Assembly (NCBI GenBank): GCA_040256005.1
Contig: JBDZWC010000106.1
Location: forward strand, 1 to 10,202
DNA: 10,202 bases
Direction: 5' to 3'
From: Deinococcaceae bacterium
GTDB taxonomy: Bacteria > Deinococcota > Deinococci > Deinococcales > Trueperaceae
Made by a program: the position numbers and the translations under genes. This document shows, one piece after another, positions 1-8,698 of the stretch. Numbering within the stretch: the stretch's first letter is position 1; each line of letters starts with the position of its first letter. Below the pieces are notes generated by a model that saw only the letters and a program-made list of their open reading frames with translations, did not search any database and was not told where the DNA came from.

Positions 1-1
1 G

Positions 2-622
2 AACGTCGTCTGGCACGAGTCGAAGGTGACCCGAGAGGTGCGCGCCGCGCTGAAGCAGCAGACGCCCTGCGTGCTGTGGTTCACGGGCCTCTCGGGCGCG
101 GGCAAGAGCACGATCGCGAACGCGCTCGAGCAGCGTCTCGCGTCCCTCGGTCACCACACCTACCTGCTGGACGGCGACAACGTCCGCCACGGGCTCAACA
201 AGGACCTCGGCTTCACCGACGAGGACCGCGTCGAGAACATCAGGCGCATCGGCGAGGTCGCGAAGCTGTTCGTCGACGCCGGCCTCATCGTCATCACCGC
301 GTTCATCAGCCCGTTCCGGTCGGACAGGCAGATGGCGCGCGAGCTCTTCGAGGCGGGCCAGTTCATCGAGGTGTTCGTCGACACGCCCCTCGAGGTCGCG
401 GAGAGGCGGGACCCCAAGGGCCTCTACGCGAAGGCGCGCACCGGGCTCATCAAGAACTTCACGGGCATCGACTCGCCGTACGAGCGGCCTACCGGGGCGG
501 AGATCGTGCTGGATACCGTCGAAGAGGACGTCGAGTCTGCTGTCCGAACGGTTGTTGGTGTCCTGAATCAGCGCGGTTTCTTGTCAATCGACGACGCTCT
601 CGACGACCCAGGTGGCCAATGA
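2..622 (+). CDS. cysC: Adenylyl-sulfate (APS) kinase, 5'-truncated by the window edge (stand-alone CysC or C-terminal domain of a CysN/CysC fusion)
   Basis: The frame is open from position 2 ([14 protein letters not shown]...), so GTG 26 is probably not the true start. Motifs: P-loop [59 protein letters not shown]. Stop TGA 620-622. Confidence 0.96.
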   Translation, partial: NVVWHESKVTREVRAALKQQTPCVLWFTGLSGAGKSTIANALEQRLASLGHHTYLLDGDNVRHGLNKDLGFTDEDRVENIRRIGEVAKLFVDAGLIVITAFISPFRSDRQMARELFEAGQFIEVFVDTPLEVAERRDPKGLYAKARTGLIKNFTGIDSPYERPTGAEIVLDTVEEDVESAVRTVVGVLNQRGFLSIDDALDDPGGQ

Positions 623-1979
623 AACCAGGTACTCCCAGACCCACATGAGCAAGAGAGTTCGCGGCCTGGTGGGCGGCGCCCTGGTCAGGGGCACTGTCCT
701 GAACGTTCTGGGGCTGGCGTTCCCACTTCTAGCGGCGCTCTTCACGTTTCCCCGCCTGATAGCGGAACTCGGCACCGTCAGGTTCGGCGCCCTGTCTATC
801 GCGTGGACGTTGACGGGCTACGCGAACATCTTCGACTTCGGACTAGGCCGCGCCCTGACCCTGTTGGTAGCGCGTGCGCTGGGACGCGGCGACAGGTCCG
901 AGGTCAACCCAACTGCTTGGACAGCCCTACTGGTCAGCCTGGGAACGGGACTGCTCGCGACTTTGATCCTTCATGTCCTGGCAGCACCCATCGTCGATTC
1001 CGTGCTCCGGCTCGACGGACCGATTCGTGACGAAACGCTGCGGGCATTGCACCTCATCTCATACTTTCTTCCGGTGGTCATCCTGGTGACCGGCCTACGC
1101 GGGCTTCTAGAGGCTTATCGCCTTTTCGGGGTGACCAACCTGATACGGACTCCCTTCGGGGTCCTCAACTATCTCGTTCCTCTTGCCATCGCATCGCGGC
1201 TTGCCCAGCTCGAGCCGGTCGTCCTCGGCGTGGTGCTCGTGCGATGTCTCGAAGTGATCTGCTATTTCGCAGCAGCAAGATGGCTGCTCGACGACTTCAC
1301 TTCCCGCATTCGTGTGTCACTTGACCGTTTGAAGGCGCTATTCAGGTTCGGCACATGGATGACCGTGAGCAACTTGATTGCTCCGATAATGCTGAACTTC
1401 GACCGGTTCTTCATAGCATCTCTCACCACCCTTGGAGACGTCACCTACTACGTGACACCGCAAACGGTCGTAACCAGGATGCGGATCGTGCCGACCGCTG
1501 TGATGTCAGTTCTGTTCCCCAGCTTTTCTAGCCTGGCCGCGACTCAGCCGCAACAAACCAAACGGCTGTATCGGCAGTCCATCCGGTCGATCGCGTTACT
1601 CATGGGGCCACTGTCGCTGGCGGCCGTTCTGTTTGCCAAGCCTGGTCTGACACTATGGGTGGGCCCTGAGATTGCGGAGAAAAGCTACCGCGTGGCTCAG
1701 TATCTCGCGATAGGCGTGTTCATACACTCGTTAGGACAGACGCCTTTCACGCTCTTACAAGCGCTAGGGAGAGCCGCGGCGACCGCTCAAGTTCACTTGG
1801 CGGAGGTGCCGCTGTACGTCCTCTACCTGTACCTGCTGGTCCGGTCAATGGGGATAGAGGGAGCCGGTCTCGCATGGCTGATACGTGTAACGCTGAGTAC
1901 CACCGTGTTGATGGTCTTGGCTAATCGGACATTCAGGGGACGAGAACGAGTCGGCGGGTCGCCCGTGATGGAGTCGTGA
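612..1979 (+). CDS. wzx: Wzx-type polysaccharide flippase (MOP/PST family)
   Basis: 455 aa with many hydrophobic helices. Motifs typical of flippases: [65 protein letters not shown]. Start is GTG 612 (overlaps the cysC end) or in-frame ATG 645. Confidence 0.9.
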   Translation: MANETRYSQTHMSKRVRGLVGGALVRGTVLNVLGLAFPLLAALFTFPRLIAELGTVRFGALSIAWTLTGYANIFDFGLGRALTLLVARALGRGDRSEVNPTAWTALLVSLGTGLLATLILHVLAAPIVDSVLRLDGPIRDETLRALHLISYFLPVVILVTGLRGLLEAYRLFGVTNLIRTPFGVLNYLVPLAIASRLAQLEPVVLGVVLVRCLEVICYFAAARWLLDDFTSRIRVSLDRLKALFRFGTWMTVSNLIAPIMLNFDRFFIASLTTLGDVTYYVTPQTVVTRMRIVPTAVMSVLFPSFSSLAATQPQQTKRLYRQSIRSIALLMGPLSLAAVLFAKPGLTLWVGPEIAEKSYRVAQYLAIGVFIHSLGQTPFTLLQALGRAAATAQVHLAEVPLYVLYLYLLVRSMGIEGAGLAWLIRVTLSTTVLMVLANRTFRGRERVGGSPVMES

Positions 1980-3178
1980 AGCCAACTTTGGCTGCGCTTG
2001 GCGCAGTTGACCGCTACAACTACGGAGACCTCCTGTTCCCCTTGGTGCTCAGCAAGGCATGGGCGAAGCTTGGGCTCGACCAGAACGTTGCGGCGTACGG
2101 CATGAGGGCAAGCGATCTCTCGAGGTTCGGCGCCCTGCCAACACGCTCCTATCGTGATCTCCTCCACGACATAAGGGACAAGACGGTCGAAGGGCTCGTT
2201 CTCGCCGGCGGAGAGTTGTTGGGCTCTAGGTGGAGCACGATGCTCATGTATCTCAGCACGACGCTCGGAGCCAAGTCGATGAAACTCGCGCGCCAGGCGA
2301 TTGGCGCGGAGACCTTGGACCGTTTCGTCCGCTGGGCCCACGGGGCGCCGAGCGCTTGGCCGTGGGTGCTGGCGCCTAACGATCTTCCCAGGGTGGTGCC
2401 GGTCGCCTATAACGCCGTTGGGGGCATAACTGCACTTCAACGGATGCCCCTTGCGGAGCTAGCGGCCGTCGTCGCCAAGCTTTCGCAGGCAACGTACGTC
2501 TCGGTTAGAGATTCGGTGACCGCTTCGAAGCTTCGCAGCGCTGGGCTCGACGGTGTGCATTTGGCGCCAGATTCCGCGGTCCTAATCTCGGACTTGTTTC
2601 CTATCGAGCACTTGGCCACCCTCGTAAGACCTAGCCTCGTGGAGTTGGCCTCCAGGAACTCGCCGTACTTGGCGATCCAAGTCAACAGTCCGGTGGGCTC
2701 CGAGCATGTCTCCACCCTGGCGACACAGATCGATGAAGTAGCAGATTCGTTAGGCCTCAGCGTAGTTCTCGTTCCGATAGGTCGGGCGTCGGGACACGAA
2801 GACCACGTGCCGCTCAGCCGCATCGGGAAACGTAGCCGCACACCCGTCAGTTCCATTCCGGACGATGCGACGGTATATGAGGTGATGTACGTGATCGCGA
2901 GCGCCTCGATCTTCGCCGGCACGAGCCTCCATGGCTCAATCACGGCCTTCGCATTCGACCGTCCACATCTCGCCATTAGCAATCGCGTACCCAAGCTTCT
3001 AGCCCACCTGGAAAGCTGGAGTCTCCCAGAGTTGACCGTTGGCGTGGATCCGGCGGTCTTCGCCTCAGCAGTACAGGCGGCTCTCAAGCTCGATCCGGAT
3101 CGTCTACGCAAGGCCAGACTGACGGCTCAAGCGAGCGCATGGGAGAACTTCTCACGAATGGCCCAGTCCCTAACATGA
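1976..3178 (+). CDS. Polysaccharide pyruvyl transferase family protein
   Basis: N-terminal GAVDRYNYGDLL (NxGD), LAGGELL, YVSVRD..T, LAPDSA and C-terminal GTSLHGSITA match the PS_pyruv_trans motif order. GTGA overlap with the wzx stop, with GGAG just upstream. Confidence 0.85.
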   Translation: MKPTLAALGAVDRYNYGDLLFPLVLSKAWAKLGLDQNVAAYGMRASDLSRFGALPTRSYRDLLHDIRDKTVEGLVLAGGELLGSRWSTMLMYLSTTLGAKSMKLARQAIGAETLDRFVRWAHGAPSAWPWVLAPNDLPRVVPVAYNAVGGITALQRMPLAELAAVVAKLSQATYVSVRDSVTASKLRSAGLDGVHLAPDSAVLISDLFPIEHLATLVRPSLVELASRNSPYLAIQVNSPVGSEHVSTLATQIDEVADSLGLSVVLVPIGRASGHEDHVPLSRIGKRSRTPVSSIPDDATVYEVMYVIASASIFAGTSLHGSITAFAFDRPHLAISNRVPKLLAHLESWSLPELTVGVDPAVFASAVQAALKLDPDRLRKARLTAQASAWENFSRMAQSLT

Positions 3179-4080
3179 AGGAGCCAATCGGGAACGGAGC
3201 GGGCCCAAGCCTCTTCATCGTGGGAGCGGCGAAGGCTGGCACGACAAGCATCTATTCGTACCTCGCTCAGCATCCTGACGTGTTCATGTCCTCCGTGAAG
3301 GAGCCACACTTCTACTCGCGCGTGCGACCCAGCGCTGAGCAGCGAGCAATCATGCGGCACATCGTCAGCGACGAAGCAGAGTATCGGCGGCTGTTCGAGG
3401 GATCAGAAGGCTTCCGCGTTATCGGCGAGGCGAGCCCTTCCTACCTCTGGGAACAGGGCACAGCGCATCGATTGGCTGAAACTCACCCTGACGCCCGCAT
3501 CGTCGCGGTCCTCAGAGACCCTGTCGAGAGGGCGTTCTCCCACTACCTCATGGACCTCAAGCTAGGCGTCCAGTCGCTTCCCTTCCTGGAGGCAGTGGAA
3601 GCCGATGAGAAGCGCAAGGAGAAGGGCTGGGGCGTCTCTCACCTCTATCTGGAACTGGGCTTCTATGGCGAACAGCTGGAGCGGTACTTCGCGGTTTTTC
3701 CTGCCGAGAAGCTCCTCGTGCTGACCTTCGATGAACTCACCAACAGTAGGGTTGAGACCATAGCGCGCCTCTTTGAGTTCCTGAACTTGGAACCCGCCGA
3801 CCCTAGCAGGATCGACCTGGATGCAGTACACAATCGGTTCGCGGCGCCCAGGGGCTGGCTGGCTCGTCGTATGCTCAGTTCCGATCTGGTCAGGTCGGTT
3901 GGAGATCGATTGCCGCGTCCGTTCAGACGCGCGGTTCGTCGGCGAGTACTGGAGCGACACGGCGTCGATAAGCCAAAGATGGCGGAGGACGAGCGGTCGT
4001 ATCTGAGGTCTCGGTACGACGCTGACACGCGAAGGTTGGAAGAGTTGCTGGGACGTCGCATGCCGTGGAGCCAGAGGTGA
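3175..4080 (+). CDS. PAPS-dependent sulfotransferase (about 301 aa)
   Basis: 5'-PSB loop FIVGAAKAGTTS (about 3214-3249), HPDVFMSSVKEPHFYS, GEASPSY, 3'-PB motif LRDPVERAFSHY (3511-3546), GFYGEQLERY. ATG 3175 is preferred over 3139 because it forms an ATGA overlap with the upstream stop. Confidence 0.93.
   Translation: MKEPIGNGAGPSLFIVGAAKAGTTSIYSYLAQHPDVFMSSVKEPHFYSRVRPSAEQRAIMRHIVSDEAEYRRLFEGSEGFRVIGEASPSYLWEQGTAHRLAETHPDARIVAVLRDPVERAFSHYLMDLKLGVQSLPFLEAVEADEKRKEKGWGVSHLYLELGFYGEQLERYFAVFPAEKLLVLTFDELTNSRVETIARLFEFLNLEPADPSRIDLDAVHNRFAAPRGWLARRMLSSDLVRSVGDRLPRPFRRAVRRRVLERHGVDKPKMAEDERSYLRSRYDADTRRLEELLGRRMPWSQR
4067..4070 (+). promoter_or_regulatory. Shine-Dalgarno sequence for the GT2 gene
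   Basis: GGAG 6 nt upstream of GTG 4077. Confidence 0.5.
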
Positions 4081-5039
4081 CGGTAGCCGAACTAGTGAAG
4101 CGCACCGCCGTAGTGGTTCTCAATTGGAACGGGATCCGAGACACCTCGGACTGCATCGCATCGCTGGCCCAACTCACGACCCAGCCAGGGAAAGTAATTG
4201 TTGTGGACAACGCGTCGCAGGACGGCTCTGAGAACGCCCTGCGCACTGGGTTCCCGTGGGTCCAGGTGGTTCAGGCGGGCCGCAATCTGGGCTACGCGGG
4301 GGGCAACAACCTGGGTATCAGGACAGCGCTGGACGGCGGGGCGGATCTCGTCTGGATCCTCAACAACGACACGATCGTGAGCCCAAGCGCGTTGGAGCAC
4401 CTGATCGAACGAGTCGTAGCAGATTCCACCATCGCGGTCTGCGGCTCCACGCTCGTGCACGCAGACCAACCCCGAAAGGTCCAGGCGCTGGCCGGGGCCA
4501 GCTACAACCGATGGCTTGGTGTGGCAACGCCGATCGGAGCAGGCCTGGACCTAAGTGCTCTGCCCCCGGTCCAAGAGGTCGAACGGCAGCTTGACTACGT
4601 CGTCGGGGCTTCAACACTAGTCACCCGCAGGTTCGTCGAATCGGCAGGCCTCATGGACGAGGGTTATTTCCTCTTCTTCGAAGAGTTGGACTGGATAGCG
4701 CGACTGCCCGACGGCATGAGGCTAGGTTGGGCTCGGGATAGCGTCGTCCATCACAAGGACGGGGCCACGATCGGCCGCAATCGAGGTTCAGCTGACCCCA
4801 TGCCCCAGAGGCTCCGCTACGAGTACTTCATGGTACGTAGCCGCCTCAGGTACGCCTGGCGCCACGTGCCTATAAGCCTGCCTTCCCTCCTTCTCGTCAC
4901 GTTGGCAACGGTAATTGGCCGGTTGCTAAGAGGTCACGTGACGCGGGCCTGGATCCTACTAAGGGCCCTGGTCGCAGTAGCGACGGGGATCGGCGTGCCT
5001 CGATCGGCCAGCGACCTAATCAGGAGCGTCCAAGCATGA
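4077..5039 (+). CDS. Glycosyltransferase family 2 (GT-A fold)
   Basis: VVVLNWNG, IVVDNASQD, NLGYAGGNNLG, WILNNDT (DxD-equivalent), GASTLV, MDEGYFLFFEELDW. GTG 4077 is preferred: GTGA overlap with the sulfotransferase stop and GGAG at 4067-4070. Confidence 0.92.
   Translation: MTVAELVKRTAVVVLNWNGIRDTSDCIASLAQLTTQPGKVIVVDNASQDGSENALRTGFPWVQVVQAGRNLGYAGGNNLGIRTALDGGADLVWILNNDTIVSPSALEHLIERVVADSTIAVCGSTLVHADQPRKVQALAGASYNRWLGVATPIGAGLDLSALPPVQEVERQLDYVVGASTLVTRRFVESAGLMDEGYFLFFEELDWIARLPDGMRLGWARDSVVHHKDGATIGRNRGSADPMPQRLRYEYFMVRSRLRYAWRHVPISLPSLLLVTLATVIGRLLRGHVTRAWILLRALVAVATGIGVPRSASDLIRSVQA
5022..5026 (+). promoter_or_regulatory. Shine-Dalgarno sequence for the Wzy-like gene
   Basis: AGGAG 9 nt upstream of ATG 5036, inside the 3' end of the GT2 gene. 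Confidence 0.6.
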
Positions 5040-6475
5040 TCGCTGCCTTGTTCTCGGCGGGCTCGGCCCTTGCGACGGTGGGCCTCTGGTTCAGTCATTA
5101 CCGCTCTACTATCCTCTTGCTCGTAGCAGCCCTAGTACTGTTCCAAAACCCAGTCGCTATGGTCGCTTTGAGAACGGGTGCCGTACCCATTGAGCAGGGT
5201 GAAGCCCTCCTGATCGCCAAAGAAGTCGTCGCCCTAGTCGCACTCCTGCTAGCGAGCTTTGCCCTCTTCGCTCGCTCCTTGAAAACGGGCAGGGTTCGGC
5301 TCGGTCGCACCGAGCGCCTCTCCCTCGTCTACTTCGCGATTGTCGGATTCTCATTCGTTACGAGCGACGCGGTCTCGCTGACTGCCAGCTTGGCCGGGGT
5401 GAGAAGCCTGGTGATCCTCCCTGCCCTGTTTCTGCTGGGGCTCTGGCTGGGCGCCACGGAGGACGACGTACGCAACATGCAGAGACTACTCGTCATCATC
5501 GCCGCTGCTCTCGCGATTTTCGGGCTGGTCGAAGCCTACCTATTGCCGGACAGCTTCTGGCTCGCGATCGGACACGAGGAGTACTACCTGATGAAACGTG
5601 GCCGTCCTATCCAGGGGCTCTTATACGGCAACATGAGGTTCTGGATCGACGGCACACCGGTGCGCCGCATCGCGTCAATCACTGGTGACCCCTTGATATC
5701 TAGCTACCTGATCGCATTCGGATTGTGGCTGCTGGCGTCGTACGCAATACTGCGCCGACGCGTTCGCCTATCGATGGTTGTCCTGACCGCAATACTCGCA
5801 AGCGCTCTGTTCCTAACGTTCAGCCGGGGAGCGTTCGTGACTCTCGGCGTCGCCGCCGTATTGATCGCGCTGAGAGGGCGACGCTCATTGACTCCAGTTT
5901 GGGTCACGGCTCTAGGCTTCGTGACTGCAATTCTGGTCGCCGTGACGTTGGGGGACCAGATCCTCCAGTTCACGACTGGCGCAGGCCACCTCAACCAGAT
6001 CAAACTAGGCATGCAGACGGCGCTGACGGCGCCGCTTGGTCACGGCACGGGCACCGCGGGCGCAGTCGCGGCCTCATACGTCTTGGCGGCAGGCGGGGAT
6101 GGCACGATAGCTGCGGATTCTTTCATCGGCTCGCTCCTCATTCAGGTGGGACTACCCGGTCTGGTCCTGTTCGTCGCAGTGATGCTCTCCATGGTGCACG
6201 AGCTCTATCGCTGCGCCCTCCGCTCATCAAGATCGACGCTCAGGTGGTGGCATGTGGCCGCAGCGACGTTCCTCTCCGGACTCTTCGTCGTCAGCACCGT
6301 TAACGAGGCTGGTTATGGGTTCGCCGCGGCTGGGCTCGTTTTCATCTGGGCAGGCATGCTAGTCGGCGCCGAGCGGGACATACACACCGTCGAACGAGTC
6401 AGATTGGCGAGCGAGATGAGCCAGCCCACGCCGGTGCGCAGCGTGCTGGAGCCCCGCGGCCTGGCGCACGGCTGA
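5036..6475 (+). CDS. Polytopic membrane protein, probable Wzy polysaccharide polymerase (Wzy_C/O-antigen ligase-like superfamily)
   Basis: 479 aa with roughly 10-12 hydrophobic segments. Contains RRIASITGDPL, LTFSRGA, PLGHGTG and ADS..G..LIQVGLPGL in the order expected for Wzy_C-like proteins. ATGA overlap and AGGAG at 5022-5026. The polymerase role is inferred from context with wzx. Confidence 0.7.
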   Translation: MIAALFSAGSALATVGLWFSHYRSTILLLVAALVLFQNPVAMVALRTGAVPIEQGEALLIAKEVVALVALLLASFALFARSLKTGRVRLGRTERLSLVYFAIVGFSFVTSDAVSLTASLAGVRSLVILPALFLLGLWLGATEDDVRNMQRLLVIIAAALAIFGLVEAYLLPDSFWLAIGHEEYYLMKRGRPIQGLLYGNMRFWIDGTPVRRIASITGDPLISSYLIAFGLWLLASYAILRRRVRLSMVVLTAILASALFLTFSRGAFVTLGVAAVLIALRGRRSLTPVWVTALGFVTAILVAVTLGDQILQFTTGAGHLNQIKLGMQTALTAPLGHGTGTAGAVAASYVLAAGGDGTIAADSFIGSLLIQVGLPGLVLFVAVMLSMVHELYRCALRSSRSTLRWWHVAAATFLSGLFVVSTVNEAGYGFAAAGLVFIWAGMLVGAERDIHTVERVRLASEMSQPTPVRSVLEPRGLAHG

Positions 6476-6479
6476 TCAG

Positions 6480-7511
6480 GTGTCAAGCGACGTGACTTCT
6501 GTCGAACCTGGAAGGACGGCGCCACCTGGAGGACGTCCCGTCTACGTGGTCTGGAAGGGATATCAGCGCAGGGCCGAGACGCTGGCGCCATTGCTGAACG
6601 CCGATGTGGTCTTCATGCCTCACCACTTTGCGGCGCGATGGCTCAGGCCCATCGACTACTTGATAAAGGCGATCCGTACCGCCCGCTTGTTGAAGGAACG
6701 AAGGCCGGGGTTCGCTATCTTCCAGAGCCCTCCTCCTTTCGGAGCGCTGGTCGCGGCGACCATGAAGATCCCCTTCGTTGTCGATGCTCACAACGCCACG
6801 TTTCAAGGGCGATGGGCTACCTCCCCTGGGGCGTCTATGGCTCTCAGGCGAGCGGCGGCGGTCGCCGTTCACAACGAGGAGGTGGCAGCGCTTGCCGGGC
6901 ATGCGTTCCCAGGCATCGCTCCAACTATCGTTCCTGACCCCGTTCCACCGATAGTTTGCGAGGAAGTGCCCGAACGACGCCAAGACCAAGTCCTCTGCAT
7001 ATGTTCCTTCGGCACGGACGAACCGGTCGACGTTCTGGTCGAGGCGATCGAACTGATGCCGGAACTTACCTTCGTGATAACGGCGAACCCGGAGAGACTG
7101 GGTTCGGAAACTAGGGCGCGGCTGTTGGCCCTAGAAAACGTCCAGCTGACCGGATTCCTTTCTACTGACGAGTACCAGCGTGCCCTAGTGTCGAGCCGGG
7201 CCGCTGTCGTGCTCACGAATCGGGAGGCGACTCAACCAAGCGGAGCTTGCGAAGCGTTGGCATCCGACACGCCGCTTGTCCTCTCGCGTACGACGCTGAC
7301 AGAGAAGCTGTTCGGTACGTGGGCACGGCTGGTGCCGAACGAACCAGCCGCGATAGCGGCTGCGGTTCGAGCCACCCAGCCAACTCTCGACCTCGCGGAC
7401 GAGCGGGCACGCTGGAACAAGGCTGTGTCGAGCGGCGTGAGCGAGATCGTGAACCGAGCGACCGGCGTGCGGGTCCCGGAGTCGCGTGCCGCCCGTGACA
7501 GAGAGGCATAG
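6480..7511 (+). CDS. GT-B fold glycosyltransferase (GT4-like, with ALG1/GT33-like motifs)
   Basis: FQSPPPF, FVVDAHN, CSFGTDEPVD.LVEA, NVQLTGFLS.DEY, GACEALA..TPLVLS. The GTG 6480 start is uncertain. Confidence 0.8.
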   Translation: MSSDVTSVEPGRTAPPGGRPVYVVWKGYQRRAETLAPLLNADVVFMPHHFAARWLRPIDYLIKAIRTARLLKERRPGFAIFQSPPPFGALVAATMKIPFVVDAHNATFQGRWATSPGASMALRRAAAVAVHNEEVAALAGHAFPGIAPTIVPDPVPPIVCEEVPERRQDQVLCICSFGTDEPVDVLVEAIELMPELTFVITANPERLGSETRARLLALENVQLTGFLSTDEYQRALVSSRAAVVLTNREATQPSGACEALASDTPLVLSRTTLTEKLFGTWARLVPNEPAAIAAAVRATQPTLDLADERARWNKAVSSGVSEIVNRATGVRVPESRAARDREA

Positions 7512-7522
7512 GTACCAATAGG

Positions 7523-8698
7523 TTGGCGAGAGTGTTGATGATCGTGGAGAACCTCCCGGTGCCGTTCGATCGGCGTGTCTGGATGGAGGCGACAGCGCTG
7601 CGAGGCGCCGGGCACGATGTCACGGTCATCTCCCCCAAGGGGCTTGGCCATGACGCGCCCCATGAGGTTATCGACGGGATAACAATCTACCGGCACTCGT
7701 TACCCCCGGAGACGGGCGGCAGGCTTGACTACTTGCGCGAGTATGCAGCTGCTCTAGGGCACGAGTTCAGACTGTCTTTCCGCGCCCGCCGGGACCGCGG
7801 TTTCGATGTGGTGCACGTCTGCAACCCCCCGGATCTCCTGTTTCTGGTAGCCGGGCTCTGGAAGTTCCTGGGCCGCGCTAAGGTGGTGTTCGACCACCAC
7901 GACGTGAACCCCGAGCTGTACTACGAGAAGTTCGGGCGTCGGGACCTCTTCTACTCAGGCCTCAGGTTGGCAGAGCGCCTGACCTTCGCGACGGCCGACG
8001 TGGTCATCTCTACTAACGGTTCGTACAAGCAAGTTGCCGTGGAACGAGGTCGCAAGAACCCGGACGATGTGTTCGTCGTGCGGAGCGCCCCGGACTTGAG
8101 CGATTTTCGAGCCGTGGCGCCCGATCCGGCATTGAAGCGAGGCTCGAGGTACCTCGTCGGCTACGTCGGTGTGATGGCTGAACAGGACGGCGTAGATGGA
8201 CTACTTCGCGCTGCCCACCGGATAGTCGAGGTATCGGGACGGCGAGACATCCGCTTCATGTTGATCGGAGGCGGACCGAGCTTGCCAGCTCTTCGAACGC
8301 TCGCTAGCGAATTGGGCATCTCCGAGTTCGTCGACTTTGTGGGCTATAAGACCGGCGACGACCTATTGAGACACCTTTCGACCTGCGAGGTTTGCGTCAG
8401 CCCCGATCCGCCATCCGAGTACAACCAGATGTGCACCATGAACAAGGTCATGGAGTACATGGCACTGGGCAAGCCGATCGTGCAGTACGAGATGCGCGAG
8501 GGGAGGGCCTCGGCCGGCGAGGCTTCCGTGTACGCGGCCAACGAGGAGGCGTTCGCGGACGAGATCGTTAGGCTTCTCGACGACGAACCTCTGAGATCTC
8601 GGATGGGCGCGATCGGCCTGAGGCGCATGCATGAGGCCCTCGGTTGGGAGCGACAAGTTCCCCAACTGCTGGCTGCGTACGACCGGCTGCTCGGATGA
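7523..8698 (+). CDS. Glycosyltransferase family 4 (WbuB-like subgroup)
   Basis: RVLMIVENLPVPFDRRVW, FDVVHVCNPPD, VFDHHD, GYVGVM..QDG, IGGGP, TMNKVMEYMALGKPIV. TTG start 11 nt after the upstream stop. Confidence 0.92.
   Translation: MARVLMIVENLPVPFDRRVWMEATALRGAGHDVTVISPKGLGHDAPHEVIDGITIYRHSLPPETGGRLDYLREYAAALGHEFRLSFRARRDRGFDVVHVCNPPDLLFLVAGLWKFLGRAKVVFDHHDVNPELYYEKFGRRDLFYSGLRLAERLTFATADVVISTNGSYKQVAVERGRKNPDDVFVVRSAPDLSDFRAVAPDPALKRGSRYLVGYVGVMAEQDGVDGLLRAAHRIVEVSGRRDIRFMLIGGGPSLPALRTLASELGISEFVDFVGYKTGDDLLRHLSTCEVCVSPDPPSEYNQMCTMNKVMEYMALGKPIVQYEMREGRASAGEASVYAANEEAFADEIVRLLDDEPLRSRMGAIGLRRMHEALGWERQVPQLLAAYDRLLG

Noticed and set aside
76..648. 190 aa alternative-frame + strand ORF overlapping cysC
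   Set aside because: Arg/Gly/Pro-rich with no motifs; an expected by-product of the near-100% GC3 of cysC.
1823..3111. Long minus-strand ORFs (1823-2440, 2437-3111) that overlap each other by 4 nt
   Set aside because: They lie antisense to the motif-bearing wzx and pyruvyltransferase genes and have no recognisable domain; shadow ORFs typical of high-GC DNA.
3139..3174. Longer N-terminus for the sulfotransferase (ATG 3139); likewise 4065 for GT2
   Set aside because: ATG 3175 and GTG 4077 give canonical 4-nt coupling overlaps and lie closer to the first conserved strand.
7508..7523. ATAGGT direct repeat around a GGTACC palindrome between the two GT-B genes
   Set aside because: A 6 bp repeat with a 4 bp spacer is expected by chance; no element or insertion is associated.
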